Below are positions 31,089 to 45,352 of a DNA stretch of 64,000 nucleotides, piece by piece; the first letter of the stretch is position 1; every line of letters starts with the position of its first letter. A program made the translations under genes and the position numbers. The notes below the pieces were generated by a model that did no database searches, had not been told where the DNA came from, and saw only the letters and a program-made list of their open reading frames with translations. The DNA lies in contig NC_043013.1 of NCBI RefSeq assembly GCF_006345805.1, positions 31,434,001 to 31,498,000 of the forward strand. Reading direction: 5' to 3'. Source of the DNA: Octopus sinensis (taxonomy: Eukaryota).

Positions 31089-31095
<7 letters not shown>
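29868..31095. repeat. Tandem duplication, about 614-bp unit, two copies
   Basis: Copies start at 29868 and 30482 (tgatgatcaacattg..); the second copy carries scattered 1-bp insertions. Confidence 0.95.
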
Positions 31096-31125
<30 letters not shown>

Positions 31126-31777
31126 TATGGGTGTGTGTGGTGTATATATCTCTGTGTGTGTGTGCGTGTAATATATATATATATATATACATGTATACAA
31201 TTATATGTGGTTATGTGCTTTATTAATGTTATGAATAAAACCGAATTTATTCCTCTTTTCAATACTTGTTTTGTCAATTTTGTTTCGCTTAATTGATCGT
31301 ATAGCGTATTTGTACATGCAAATTTCAGTCCAGTTTATTCTCATCATTATTTAATCAATTTTCCTATTATAATTTGAAATTGTATAATATATATATTTTA
31401 TATTTAACGTAATATGCAATGCAATTGAAATTACACTTGAATCTACTGCATAATATCATCTCGGTAATACATACGGATGAGCCTCATTTACACAATTCGA
31501 TTCATACTCAAATACCTACATAAACCTGTGCAGGTTTTCTTCTCTTGCTGTTATAACATTTACATTTAGGAAGAGAAATCTCCTTTGAGTAACATCATAG
31601 TCAATTTCAGGTGCATTATTTTAAATGAAATTATATTATTTTTATATGTATTATTTTAATCAAGGAATATAATAACATGAGTACATTGCATATATATTAT
31701 ATATGTATTTACATGTGTCTACTTACACATAGGCAGAGTCATGTACACACATGTACAAGTGATATATATGCACACAC

Positions 31778-31842
<65 letters not shown>

Positions 31843-31954
31843 ATATATTATATACATTACAAACACACAGAGACAATGAGACCTCGATATATATAACTAG
31901 AGCAATGTATCTGATAAATTCATATATGTATATATATATATATATATATAGATA

Positions 31955-31994
<40 letters not shown>

Positions 31995-33024
31995 TTCCAC
32001 TATGAGAGATTTACTTATAATATGTGATACTATTTTACTTACACTGTATCACAAACAGGTTAGCAGTTAAAAATATTTTCTGTTATCATAAGAATGTATC
32101 GTTGTAAATTTACCCGGTTTGATTTCACTCAATTTAATATTTGGATATAAAATTTTAAATTTGGATACTGAATCGAATTTCCGCATATCATTTTTTCGAC
32201 AAGAATTAATTTTCATTTATTCCTCATTATATCATAGCAACTATGAAAGTAACCATACATTGTTTTCTTTCTAGTTTATCTGACATTAGGCCGTGGAAAA
32301 TATACTTTTATGATATCTGTATTTTGCGATTACTCAGTATTAATATTAATAATCTACAGAATGATAAATTTTACGATGGTAGTCTGCCCAAATATGATTT
32401 ATCAATAAGTAGTTTCAGAAATATCTATAATCACTGTTTACTTTTATGAACTAAAAGGTTGTTGGTTTAGTTGATATCGTAATAGTTTGCCATCTAATGT
32501 TTACTTACCATTCTGAAAGACATTGAATATTTACCATACAGACATATAGTTTATTCTTCTACGAATAAAAGATATTAATATCAGTTGGAACGCTCTGCAA
32601 CCCAGATCTTGTCAATCAAACCAGAGGCATCGTTATTAAGTAACAAGCAGACCAATAACTGTCAATAATTATGGCTAATTTCAGTATTTTATATACAAAC
32701 AAGATACAAAATAAGGTACGTAATAACGAGACGTGCAAATATTCACATACTTCCCTTGTACACGCACACACATACATACATATGTTCAAAGAAAGTTGAA
32801 ACGCTTATTTGTTTTTCAACCCTTCCTTCCTTATTTATCTATCATCCTTTCCTTTCCCTCGTTTCCTCTCAGTCAGGGCTATTATTCTCACTAATTCTCC
32901 TTCACTGAATTACTATTTTCTCTCCTCCCCCACGTTCAGCGTGATTGTGGACATATATATATAATATATATATATATATAATATATATATATTATATATA
33001 AGTGTGTTTGTATATGTTTGGTGT

Positions 33025-33222
33025 GTCTGTGTTTGTCCCTTAGCATTGCTTGACAACCGATGGTGGTGTGTTTACGTCCCCGTTACTTAGCGGTTCGGCA
33101 AAGAGACCGATGAAATAAGTACTGGGCTTACAAAGAATAAGTCCCGGGGTCGATTTGGTCGACTAAAGGCGGTGCTCCAGCATGGCCGCAGTCAAATGAC
33201 TGAAACAAGTAAAAGAGAGAAA
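33025..33222 (+). mobile_element. SINE family B, 3' module only
   Basis: Matches the second module at 24650-24840. Confidence 0.85.
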
Positions 33223-33261
<39 letters not shown>

Positions 33262-33271
33262 TATATATATA

Positions 33272-33309
<38 letters not shown>

Positions 33310-33567
33310 CATATATATATATACTAAGCAATAAAGGGTTTAGCAACGAATTGCCTTACCACATCCGAATTAGAAATAGCAGTCAAAGAGTTATAGCTAT
33401 TTCTTCTACTAAAAAGGGAGATCTCAGTAAAACAGCAATTGGAAGGCAGACCACAAACAGGTAAGAGAGAATGAATTGACGGCAATCTATCATACAATTT
33501 TAAGTTATCTACGCGTACGTTTCGAAATCAAGTTTTTAGGAAAGCATAAGAATTAAATATAAATATA

Positions 33568-33616
<49 letters not shown>

Positions 33617-33929
33617 AAAATATATTAAGAAATCGGTCATTTTTATTTAGAAGATGGCTTCAATAATGATGTTAAATACGTAAATATTACTGTTTTTTAT
33701 CTTTTCTGTTTTAATTTACTGAAAGGAAGTAGAGAAAACGAAACTGTAATCAGTGTAATGTTCCAATTGTTTTAATTTCAAAAGAAATATGCTCATTTTA
33801 TCTTCATCTACATATATTATCTAATATATGACACAAAATGTCTCTAATAAATGCTTGAACATGTACATGCCCTGGTGATAAATGGCACCTTTCTGCCAAA
33901 ACTAGAAAGGATTTTATTAATTTATGATT

Positions 33930-33952
33930 ATTGATTATTATTATTATTATTA

Positions 33953-33988
<36 letters not shown>

Positions 33989-34205
33989 ATTATTATTATT
34001 ATTATATTATTAATATATATTATTATTATATTATTATTATATTAATATATTATTATTATTATTATTATTATTATTTTATTATTATTATTATTATTATTAT
34101 TATATTATATTATTATTATTAATATATTATTTATATTATTATTAATAATTATTATATTATTATTATTATTATTATTATTATGTATTGTTATTGTTATTGT
34201 TATTA

Positions 34206-34250
<45 letters not shown>

Positions 34251-34300
34251 TATTATTATTATTATTATCATTCTTATTATCATTATTATTATTATTATTA

Positions 34301-34334
<34 letters not shown>

Positions 34335-34335
34335 C
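33930..34335. repeat. Long (ATT)n array; others at 5545-5640, 7235-7330, 27040-27280, 27760-27830, 28380-28480, 28700-28815, 40690-40755 and 56590-56700
   Basis: Direct inspection. Confidence 0.98.
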
Positions 34336-35009
34336 TGATGAGAAACAAAATTACACTGTTTAATTCACTACTATTCTGGCACTATTTTGTTATTATACTC
34401 ATTTTTATTTATCAAAGCTTTCTACTTATATTTGTAACCTATTCCATGACTCTCTACATCATTTCATGAATGGGTTTGTGTAAATTAGATTCACGTACCT
34501 TCCTTTACAAGTTCATGAATCTTTTTTTCTTATTATGTTCTTATTTTTTTTGTTTTTAAACTTCACTGTCCATATATTTTGTGTATCCTCTTTTTTTATA
34601 ATATTATTCAGAAAATTGTCTGAACAGATTAGAATGACTTGACTTTCCACACGTCTTACGTCTGTACATTTAGACTATCGTCCACCCTTTGTTTTTTTTT
34701 GTAATATTCACTTCTTTAATATGATGTTTTTTTTTTCTTTTTCTTTTACTCTTTTAGTATGTTTCCTCTTCGGTTAGACAACCATAACACCAATTTGAAA
34801 TTCTCTTCTACAAAATATATAACTCTGTGTCTCTAGTAGCGTATACATACAAACGTAGTAAGGCCAAATATTGAATAGGAGAAAAGAGATAAAATATCAA
34901 ACAAATTGGCTACTGCCAGCTTCATAGAAGCAGTAATTAAATTCATGAGTAAAGCTGGACACGGTATTTTTTCTTCTTTTTGTTGTATCTCATCTTTTAT
35001 CTTTTACTT

Positions 35010-35307
35010 CATTCAGTCATTAGACTGTGATCATGCTGGGGCACCACCTTGCATATGTAGTCGAATGAATCGACACCATTTCCTATTTTTAAGCTTCGTA
35101 CTTATTCTATCGGTTTCCTTTGCCAAACCGCAAACTTCTGGGAAGGCAAACGCATCAACACCAGTTGTAAGGCGTTGTTGGAGCGACAAAAGATACACAC
35201 ACATACACATATACATAAATACACACACACACATATATATATGTATTACATATATATAATGTATATATATATAAGTATATAAGTTATATATATAATATAT
35301 AATATAT

Positions 35308-35361
<54 letters not shown>

Positions 35362-35500
35362 TACACATATATCAATGGGTTTCTTTCTGCTTCCGTCTAC
35401 CAAATCCATTCCAAAGGGTATAGTAGAGACTATTTAGAAGTCAGTTGCCCAAGTTGCCACGCAGTGGGACTGAACCCGGAACCATATGACTGAGAAACAA
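35010..35500 (-). mobile_element. SINE family B composite, degenerate
   Basis: Both modules in reverse complement around a (TA)n tract. Confidence 0.8.
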
Positions 35501-35944
35501 ACCTGGTACAAACACACTCAAATTTATTCCGTTATTCATCTACATTTTACTTCCATGGACTTCAATAAAACGTTTTAAGACTAAACTTCGGGTTCCTATA
35601 ATCGCGCACGCCCATGAACATACTTATAGACACATACACAAACACACACTTATACATATTCTTATGTGGGTCTGATAATAGTATAGTGTTATATATATAT
35701 ATAATATATTATATATTTATATATATATATATATCTACATACATATATATGAACACACAATATGTGTGTGTATATATATATATATGTTTTTATGTAGTCA
35801 TATATATATATACATACATATACATACTGATAGGGGCATATATATGTGTGTGCTCCTGTGTGTGTGTGTGTGTCTTTGTGTGTGCAATTCTAAGTCTCAA
35901 TTTCAGCATTAACACAAATACATCCTATTATGAAAAACTTTAAC

Positions 35945-36420
35945 AGAGATCTTAGCAGAAAACACATCATCAACATTTGCTGGCGCGCAGAATCACACTC
36001 TAATTCGTGCCTGGAGAATTCCATTCACCCGATCATCACAACCAAATTTAATATCCACGCCTGCACTAGAAGCAAATAACATGAAAATATTGTCACTCAC
36101 AATTACTCAGCGTTATACTCAAGATCATGAATATTAGAGAAGTTTCCAACATACATTTAGAATCTTGAACATTCCTCCACATATACGAAAGACCAATTAG
36201 ACATTTCGCAATCCCAAATTATCCATGCATATTTTTATTAAAGGTCCTGTCTTATGCTGAATAACAGATATAATGTAACTTCGTGGAGTTCACAACACAG
36301 TCAGCAGATCAAAAAGGTGTTCAATAAAACTCATAGACATAAGAAAGTTTCAAAATCATCATTACATCTTTATTGAACAAAAGATAGAAGAAATTTGACA
36401 AAGTGTCACTCTCATTCATA
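35945..36420 (+). mobile_element. Possible decayed LINE ORF2 remnant
   Basis: Non-repetitive coding-like stretch ending in YIFI..(K)FDKVS-like RT fragments; interrupted. Confidence 0.25.
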
Positions 36421-36829
36421 TTTCAATAAAGAATGTATTTCCAGTTAAACTAATTTTCTTGTGTGTTTTTTCATCCCGTTTCTACTCAGAAGGTTTATTA
36501 AATCACAACGAGTAATAAATACATGTGTGTATGTGAGAGTACATCTGCATTTATCTATCTGTCTCTTTCTCTCACTTTCTGCCACTCTCTCAGGATACAT
36601 ACATACACAGATACATATATAAATGCATATATACACATCGCACTAACCTACTACAAATTCTGAGCTTCTTGATTTCCATTTTTCTCGAGCGTCAAACTAT
36701 TACACTTGCTTGTTCCCTCACCTGACTTCGTCATTTTTTCTGTTTTTTCTGTAAACTTGAAATAAATATATATATATATATATTAATATATACATATCTG
36801 TACATACAAACACACATACTATATGTATG

Positions 36830-36869
<40 letters not shown>

Positions 36870-36902
36870 ATATATATATAATATATAATATATATATATA
36901 TA

Positions 36903-36933
<31 letters not shown>

Positions 36934-37311
36934 ATGTTAAGGTAATAAGAATTATGGAAATTATTATTACCAGTGGCCTAGCACAAAAACAAAATAGTCA
37001 GAAGACTATATATTATTCACATAAAAAATAATCGTATACATTAGATCACATTAAGAGGCTCCCAAATAGGAAAGCATTGTGCTAGAAAGAGCAGTAGAAA
37101 ACTCAAACCACTAATTATAGATAAATTCTCGAAAGGATTGAAAATTGAAAATGTTTACCATATAATTTAGTTCCTAGATCATGGTTTCTAATTCATTCCA
37201 GAAAAAAATATTGACTGGCTCTAGTTTCGTCAGTAGGAAGCCTTTAGATTTCAAATATAAAAACAACTAGATCCGACTGTAAACCAGTTGCCTGTATTAT
37301 AATCTACATAT

Positions 37312-37397
<86 letters not shown>

Positions 37398-37649
37398 ATA
37401 TATCTTTGCAAAAGTATTAACGTACATTGGTGCACTTTAACACGGGGAAATATACTGAAAACTATAACACTTCGAAATGGTATGAATATACATATGCATT
37501 AATATGCTTGTTTGTGTGTGTGTGTGTGTGTGTACGTGCGTTCTGCGTGCGTTTGTGCGTGCGTAAGTGTGTTTGTCATATTGTCATTAAACTACTTTTT
37601 AATTTATTAATATGTCAACTGATAGCTGGGTCTGCAAGTGAAGCTAATT

Positions 37650-37690
<41 letters not shown>

Positions 37691-37731
37691 TTATATATAT
37701 ATATGTTTGTGTATATGTGTAAATGAATATT

Positions 37732-37784
<53 letters not shown>

Positions 37785-37787
37785 GGG

Positions 37788-37840
<53 letters not shown>

Positions 37841-37841
37841 G

Positions 37842-37947
<106 letters not shown>

Positions 37948-39862
37948 AGGAATTGTTCTGTATTCTAAACAAAATTTTAGTATAGAGATACAACATTTTT
38001 TGTACGAAATGCTTCCTAAAGGAAGCATAAAGACAATATTTACGCAAGAATATATGAGAAATTCTAGGTGCTTGACAAATTTGGCTCAGCTTTTCGACGC
38101 ATAAACTTTCAGTTTCGAAAAAAAAAAAAAATTCTCTTCAAAGTAATTACTGGCGCCACCATTTGAAACACCTCATACCAAGTTCATGAGAAAGTATTTG
38201 AAAATACTAACCTAATGGTGTTTAAAATCTTTCAGTAACATTTTAGCAAATTTTCTTTAATCGCTCTAAATATGTACATGAAACAAACTATTTCACCTAT
38301 TGAAACATGACTAGCGAATAACAGCATACATTTCTATGTAAATTAGCAGTTCCAAATCGTGGTCCATATGCACTTTAGGGTCTTTATAAGATTTGGGGGT
38401 ACATCGCAACAAAAAAAATAAATTGGTAAACCACAATAGTTAAGAAGCCATAGAAAGCTTTTGCATCAGATATTTGTATTGGTTTGTATTGCAAGAAACA
38501 GATAAATTTCTTTCTCTAGCATTTTATATAGTTCAACCTACACAAGTGCAAATGAGTGGACAACAAAATAGAAACTTTGAAAGAAATTTCTATGAAACTA
38601 GTTTGTAAACATCCAATGGCTACAGGGACTCCCCCAGAATAAAGTAGTAGCTAAAGTGGTCCATAGAGAGAAAATGCTTTAGAACCCCTAATGTAAACGT
38701 ACGTATTAAAACATTATATTCCATTAACTTAGATTAAAGAGATGTGATAAGTTTTAAGTTTTAGCAAGGTATGTGAATACTGCACTTAAGTATCATAAAA
38801 TTATTGTTGTGAAATAATCTATCCAGGAGATCAGTCAAGAACTCTGAATTTCAATTAGGTATTATTACGAAATAATTTAGGTAAAAATAATCCTTAATCG
38901 TGGTTTCTATATAAAACTCCATTTTACGATTATGGAACATTAGCATTTCCTTCATCATTTAAATGATAGCCTTAACAATAAATGCTAATCTATGTTCACC
39001 TAGTTTGAGAATATAGAGTATTAATCCTCCATTAGCAAATCAATACTTCAAAAGCAGTGATGTCCGCTAGCTATCCAAGTTCCATTTGTGTATCCGATAA
39101 TAAAATCAATATCATTATATTACATGGAAGAAATTAACTGGTTTTATTGATAACAACCTGTATGTAACAAATCAAGTATCACTAATTTTTATTTTGCATG
39201 AATTTGAAGTTCCTGACAGAATAATGCGAACACAAAACGTATACGAACATAAATAACTAAGAATCAAGCACAGTGGCGTCAAAGTAGTTTAGATTTGCGG
39301 ATGACTGCATAAGTTAGACCACATGGCTCTCTTAGAGACGATTTTATCTATTTTTTCTGAGAATCGTAATATAGCTCAAAGTACATAAAGGTGACAACAT
39401 ACAATGTATTATCTTTATTGACAAAACAGAAAGTATATAATATGACATGATTATCAGATCAATATGTATGTACAACCGGAAAATACAACCATATTGTATA
39501 TATTCAATCCTATGATGAGTCTTTAGATTGGGAAACGAGCTAAAAATTATCCAAAACATCGCATGCAGAACTTAAGACACTATTTCTTGATAGAAATTTT
39601 CATATTTTTCTGTTGCAACCCTTTCCATTATCGCACAAGGGAACAGAATCCATTCGAACAAATATGTACACCAAGTTGAAAAGAAACAATTCCGACTGCT
39701 TCGGTTTCTTTGACAATGTAAAGCGATAACAGGTCACATATTTCATATCTGATCTCATGAATTGATACAAGAAAAAAGGCTATAATTTCTGAGATGAGAT
39801 TTGACTGATGGGGTCTATTGTTAAGGATGTAGTTGAGCTCCAACCTCAAGGCATCATAACGA

Positions 39863-39913
<51 letters not shown>

Positions 39914-40002
39914 CTATATATATATATATCTATTATACACACACAAACACACACAGATATCATATAGATATATATATATTATATATATATATATATATAT
40001 AG

Positions 40003-40033
<31 letters not shown>

Positions 40034-40149
40034 TTGTTTAAAATGGTAAGACAACAAAAGAATGAAAGATACCTCGATATTATATGTAAATAGAGGAATT
40101 TATCAGTAAATGTGATATGTGACAATTATTCGGTGTCGATTCTCTGAAC

Positions 40150-40690
40150 TTCCTCGTACATACCGACAAAACTATAAAAGCTAATAAGCCAGATATTATC
40201 ATAAAAGATCAGACAAAAAGGATGTGTTTATTAATTGACTTGAATAGTCCTTGCGATCACAATATAGTGGCGAAAGAATTTGACAAGATCAGTAAATATA
40301 AAGACTTGCTAATAGAAATTGAAAGAAATGTGGCATCTCAAGGCAACTACAGTACCAGTGATTGTAGGATCTCTAGGAATGATAAAAAAAGGTACTGAAC
40401 CTATTTGAAAATGATACCAGGCTTACCATCCCTACAGGAATTGCAAAAAATAGTATTAACTTGAACGGCTCATGTACTGAGAAGTGCATTATTGCTGTGA
40501 AAACAACATCCATTCATGAATTTATGTATTTATTAATTTTCCAAAACATATTTTACCTGTGAATTTGCGTGTGTAATCTGGGAATGCATAAAATGAACTT
40601 CTCTACCCTAGGTGTACCGAAAAAACTCGGCGAGAAACGGAAGCAATTTTTAAGAAAGAAGGAAAAAAAAAAAAAAAAAAAAAAAAATAA
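40150..40690 (+). mobile_element. 5'-truncated R4/Dong-like non-LTR retrotransposon (restriction-like endonuclease end)
   Basis: HTDKTIKANKPDIIIKDQTKRMCLLIDLNSPCDHNIVAKEFDKISKYKDLLIEIER/MWHLKATTVPVIVGSLGMIKKG..LQELQKIVLT*TAHVLRSAL with frameshifts; followed by a 3' UTR, poly(A) and an (AAT)n array. Confidence 0.85.
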
Positions 40691-40703
40691 TAATAATATA
40701 ATA

Positions 40704-40755
<52 letters not shown>

Positions 40756-41299
40756 CAACAACAACATCGAAAAATACCTTAGGAATAAGAACCCAGGTTC
40801 GAATTTTCCACAAGACATCTAATAAAGACACCTAATGAAGCCGAAACGTTATGTTAACAAAAACAAAATGAAGACAAATATCGTCAAATATAAATAATGT
40901 AAATATTGTAAATATATGCTATTCTTTCAGTACTTACGCGTTCAAAAAATATACCTTTCTACTTGTACTAAAATACATTCCAGCGCTTCAAAAACAGACT
41001 TATTTGCGTTTACATATGACGTAAAATGTATAATGTTTCTAGGATGGCAAAATGGCTAACAACTTTATTCAGCAAGTAACAGTTTCTTGTCCAACAAGAT
41101 ACGAAAATTAATCATCAGAGAGAATAAATGTCTTAGGTTCGAGCCTCCAGGTTTTCTGCTCTGGAAATCCCAACTCAATAATCTTGGAGTAGTAATGCTC
41201 TTTACATATTATTATTGCTATTACTATTTTATGAAAAGTCAGTTTATTTTGCTTGGTATGATGGAAGGTGTCAGCTGTCTACAGCCAGCAGACGATTAA

Positions 41300-41330
<31 letters not shown>

Positions 41331-41414
41331 ATTATTATTATCATTATTATTATTATTATTATTACAGGAAACTATTGGTAGTCTACTTAACCCACAAATA
41401 AAATATAACTATAT

Positions 41415-42246
41415 AAATTGTCTCGGTACACATCGATTACCAATACCTATTTCTTTATTACCCACAAGGGGCTAAACACAGAGGGGACAAACAAGGACAG
41501 ACACAGGTATTAAGTCGATTACATCGACCCCAGTGCGTAACTGGTACTTAATTTATCGACCCCGAAAGGATGAAAGACAAAGTCGACCTCGGCGGAATTT
41601 GAACTCACAACGTAACGCAGACGAAATACCGCTAAGCATTTCGCCCGGCGTGCTAACGCTTCTGCCAGCTCGCCGCCTGGTATCGATTACCAATACCAGC
41701 CGGCTGTATTTCCTGGCGAGGAGTATAAAAGAATCCAGAAAAAAATGAAAATGAAGGAATAAAGACTGTAAAAATTAAAGCGATCTTTTTAGTTATATTC
41801 TATACACCTGATTGCGCTGTGAATAAAGAAATATCCGATATTTCGATTTCACAGACACTGAGAATACAACCACATTGCATATTACATAGGAACAAAATAT
41901 GATAGTATATATATATATATATAGTTATGTTATATTCTATTAAGAAGGAAGTACAGTATAAAGGTCGTTTGCTAACAGCCCTTCATCTCCAACACAGTGG
42001 GTTGATACACTCAGTGGAGTACTACTAACTCCAGGCCACGACAGGCAGATAGGATGCTCTTGAATCCGGGAATCTGAATTTACGAAGACAATATTTATAT
42101 AAAGCCTGGGGAAACAGAACTAGATCTCAGAACTAGTCCCTACAAGCCTAGAGCATTACGTTGCTGTGAAACAAATGTAGCGATTAAAAATAAATGTCCA
42201 ACAGTACTCCGTCTTGCTGACTCCAACTTTTTCAAACATATATATA

Positions 42247-42278
<32 letters not shown>

Positions 42279-42633
42279 GCAAAGGACGCACGCACAAATC
42301 TCTAAAAAAATGTTCATACTTGTACCCTTCTTAACGTTAATAGTGCAGAGCTCGATATGAATTGAGTAAATATAATGTATCACAGGGTACGTTTCGTGAA
42401 CTAGGTTTTCTTTGGATAACGTTCACGGCTCTCAACATTCGTTTCTACTTGAACTACAGTCGTATATCGGAATATTCATCTATTCACAATGTAATCTGGT
42501 GTATAATATACAATTTGGTATTTTGCTTTAATTTCTTCCTTATGTCTTCCTTATTATCCTTTCTATATCTTTTCTACATTGCCTGAAAATACAGCCGACT
42601 GGTATTGGAAATCGAAAAGTACTGACGCAATTT
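41415..42633. mobile_element. Non-autonomous TIR element with about 55-bp imperfect TIRs, left TIR interrupted by a SINE
   Basis: After removing the SINE, the left end aaattgtctcggtacacatcgattaccaataccagccggctgtatttcctggc matches the reverse complement of about 42580-42633 at roughly 80 percent. Confidence 0.55.
41448..41681 (-). mobile_element. SINE family A, young full-length copy
   Basis: 16-bp TSD atcgattaccaatacc at 41432-41447 and 41682-41697; nearly identical to the copy at 57165-57395. Confidence 0.95.
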
Positions 42634-42961
42634 CTTTTATGCTTTCATTTAATTATTCTGCAAGAGTATTTTTTTACATGCTATGTCCCTTTGTATTATT
42701 TATTTAATTATTTGATTGAAGTGCCCTTTCCAGTTCGGTATTTATCACATGAATTTCAAACCAACTAAAAGATAGATATGACACTTTATATTATCAAGAA
42801 TTCTATTGCCAGAAGTATTCTTACATAATGTATGTAACTATACATGCATAATGTATCACTTGTCCCTTTGTCCGCTATGTATCTATTACATACATATAAA
42901 TACAAGCATACATAATATAGACGTACAAATACATTTACGCATAATACGTACATACACACAC

Positions 42962-43002
<41 letters not shown>

Positions 43003-43009
43003 TATATAC

Positions 43010-43042
<33 letters not shown>

Positions 43043-43082
43043 TACTATATATATATATAATATATAATATATACATATATAC

Positions 43083-43133
<51 letters not shown>

Positions 43134-43159
43134 TATATATATATATAATAGTAACATTA

Positions 43160-43787
43160 CTAATAATGTAAATAATCATGGTAGGACTTTAGACCTAAAA
43201 GATGGAGCAATAGGATCAATAAATGATAACAATGCTTTAGATAACAGCACCAACTATAAAAATAATAATAATAATAAGGATAATTATACTCATGATAATC
43301 ATAATAATAAGAACATAAGACATCTAACCATGAATAATCCAACTTCTGAAGTTGTTCCTCCTGCGTGGTAAGTGTAGAATTAAGTCAAGATGCCCGGCAC
43401 CGGTCTTTGCGGGGAAAATAACGTAATCTATAAATGTACCATATCTACTGAGAATAACAAATTTTTTTACATTGGGTGCACAATAATTTTTATAAAAGGG
43501 TTAGAAACCACATCTCATCTTTTGGATTACGTCATAAAGCTGGTACCACCACACTTTCAAGTAAAATCTGGGAACTCAAAAATAATAACAAGAATTATAA
43601 TCTTAATTGGGAAATAGTTAGGAGAGCAATACCGTATAAAAATAACAGGGTTGGTTGCCAACTCTGCTCAATGGAGACCCATGAAATTCTAAGGCATAGA
43701 AAAAATAGAAACTTGTTAAATAACCATATTGAAGTAGGACATGTTTGTGTCCACGCTAAATTGAAGACCCTAAAATATTTTAAGTGA
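43160..43787 (+). mobile_element. Penelope-like element remnant: Asn-rich linker plus C-terminal GIY-YIG endonuclease, frameshifted
   Basis: KCRIKSRCP-GTGLCGENNVIYKCTISTENNKFFYIGCT, a frameshift, then NFYKRVRNHISSF..TTLSSKIWELK..LNWEIV..CQLCSMETHEIL..LLNNHIEVGHVCVH*. This is the GIY-YIG pattern (VIY..YIG, R, E, N) with flanking Cys motifs. Confidence 0.85.
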
Positions 43788-44904
43788 ATAAATGTATAGA
43801 ACAATCGTAACAAGATAGATAGATAAATATAACCGGGTCTTTAATAGTATAACATTATTTTTTTTAAGTAGATATCTGCGATTTCTCACACTATACTTAT
43901 CTTTTTCTTTGTAACTACACCTGATTTTAAACATTGGGAAATTAAAATAGTATTCGTACATTGCTTAATTGAAAGTTTATCTAATTCTTAATTCTTAAAT
44001 CTTAATTTTTAGTGTTTATTTAATTCTTAAATCTTAATTTTAAATTTTAAATTTTTAACTTTTAATTTTGGAACTTCATCTAGTTTAGGTAACACTACTT
44101 TAATAAATTAAGTTACTAAAGCTTAACAATGCTATTACAGAATTAATTAAGCGAAGAAACTCCCTTGAAAGTAGTATGATAAACTTCAATAAAATAGACA
44201 ATTCCATCACACCTTGTTAATTATATTCTAGGTTTTGACCGGTAGTCCGTTAATGTTATTTGATATTAACGGCTACAATTTTTGAGACAGTAACATGAAT
44301 AAATAAATAAATAAATAATTTAAATGACCTCTGGTTAAGGGTTGCACTTAGATCCTTTCTCTTATTGTATTTCCTTTTAGCGATAGCTATTGACCCCTCT
44401 ACCCCTGACCTTGTTTATCTCTTTAAATTCTCTTTAGATTCATATCTGCTTTCATCCGTGTCAGGTTGATAGTAAATAGCTGTGTACTGGTCAAGAAAAT
44501 AATTTTTCTTTCCTCATAGTTCCTGAATTCTTAAAGATTCTTAAAGATTCAAGCTAACTAGGCTATCTACAAATTCTTCTGTATTTGGTCACTAAAAAAC
44601 CCCCTCCCGCTAAGTTGTCGCAGTATACTCTATATAGGCGCCTTTTCTTTTCTCCCCATTCCACTTTTTCTTTTTTTCTTTTCCTTTTTCTTCTTTTTCT
44701 TTTTTCTTTTTCTTTTTCTTTTTCTTTATTTTTTTCTTTCTTTTCCTTATTTCTTCAGCCTTTAGAATTCTCAACATAGCAGTTTTGCACGGAGAGCAAT
44801 AACATGGCAAATTACCTTATCATATAGCATGAAATGATTGTGGATTAATAATGGTTAAATACATCGTCTGTGAGTATGAAATCCCTCATCTTACCACTGG
44901 AAGT

Positions 44905-45088
44905 GTAAATCTTCACTATGGATTAATTCATCTTTTCTGTGAAGCTAATAAGTCTTTAAAAACCTGTGATAAGTCTGTGCATCATCCTCCTCATATCTCT
45001 GGAAATTTAATCTACACTATGGATTGATTCATCTCTCTTTCGAAACTAATAAGTTTTTTAAAAATCTGTGATAAGACTGTGCATCATT
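44905..45088. repeat. Diverged tandem duplication, period about 103 bp
   Basis: aatct.cactatggatt.attcatct..ctaataagt.ttt..aaaa.ctgtgataag.ctgtgcatcat occurs twice. Confidence 0.85.
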
Positions 45089-45317
45089 ATTAGGAACTTT
45101 GGAAAACTGTTTACAACCTATATCTGCCTCTAATGGAACTATCTCCAATATTTCATGAGTATAACCTCACCCACTAAGATGTCTAGAGAACTCAAATGTA
45201 TTTTAGCTGATGAGTACGGGACACTTTATCTGCTGCAATTTTTGCAACTTGTAATAAGCCTGTCTTGTATGAAACAATTGTACTAAAAACCAATCCATTC
45301 TTGTTGCTTCTTTCTCG

Positions 45318-45352
<35 letters not shown>

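Noticed and set aside
34335-34350. ctgatgagaaac (similar CTGANGA hits at 4918, 11921, 24895 and 45208)
   Set aside because: Core words without the required stems or a valid NUH site.
37205-37245. Minus-strand ctgacgaaactagagccagtc hammerhead-like string
   Set aside because: Stem II is absent and stem I does not pair.
39628-39860. 77-codon non-repetitive minus frame (RYDALRLELNYIL..)
   Set aside because: No acceptor, start codon or recognisable domain.
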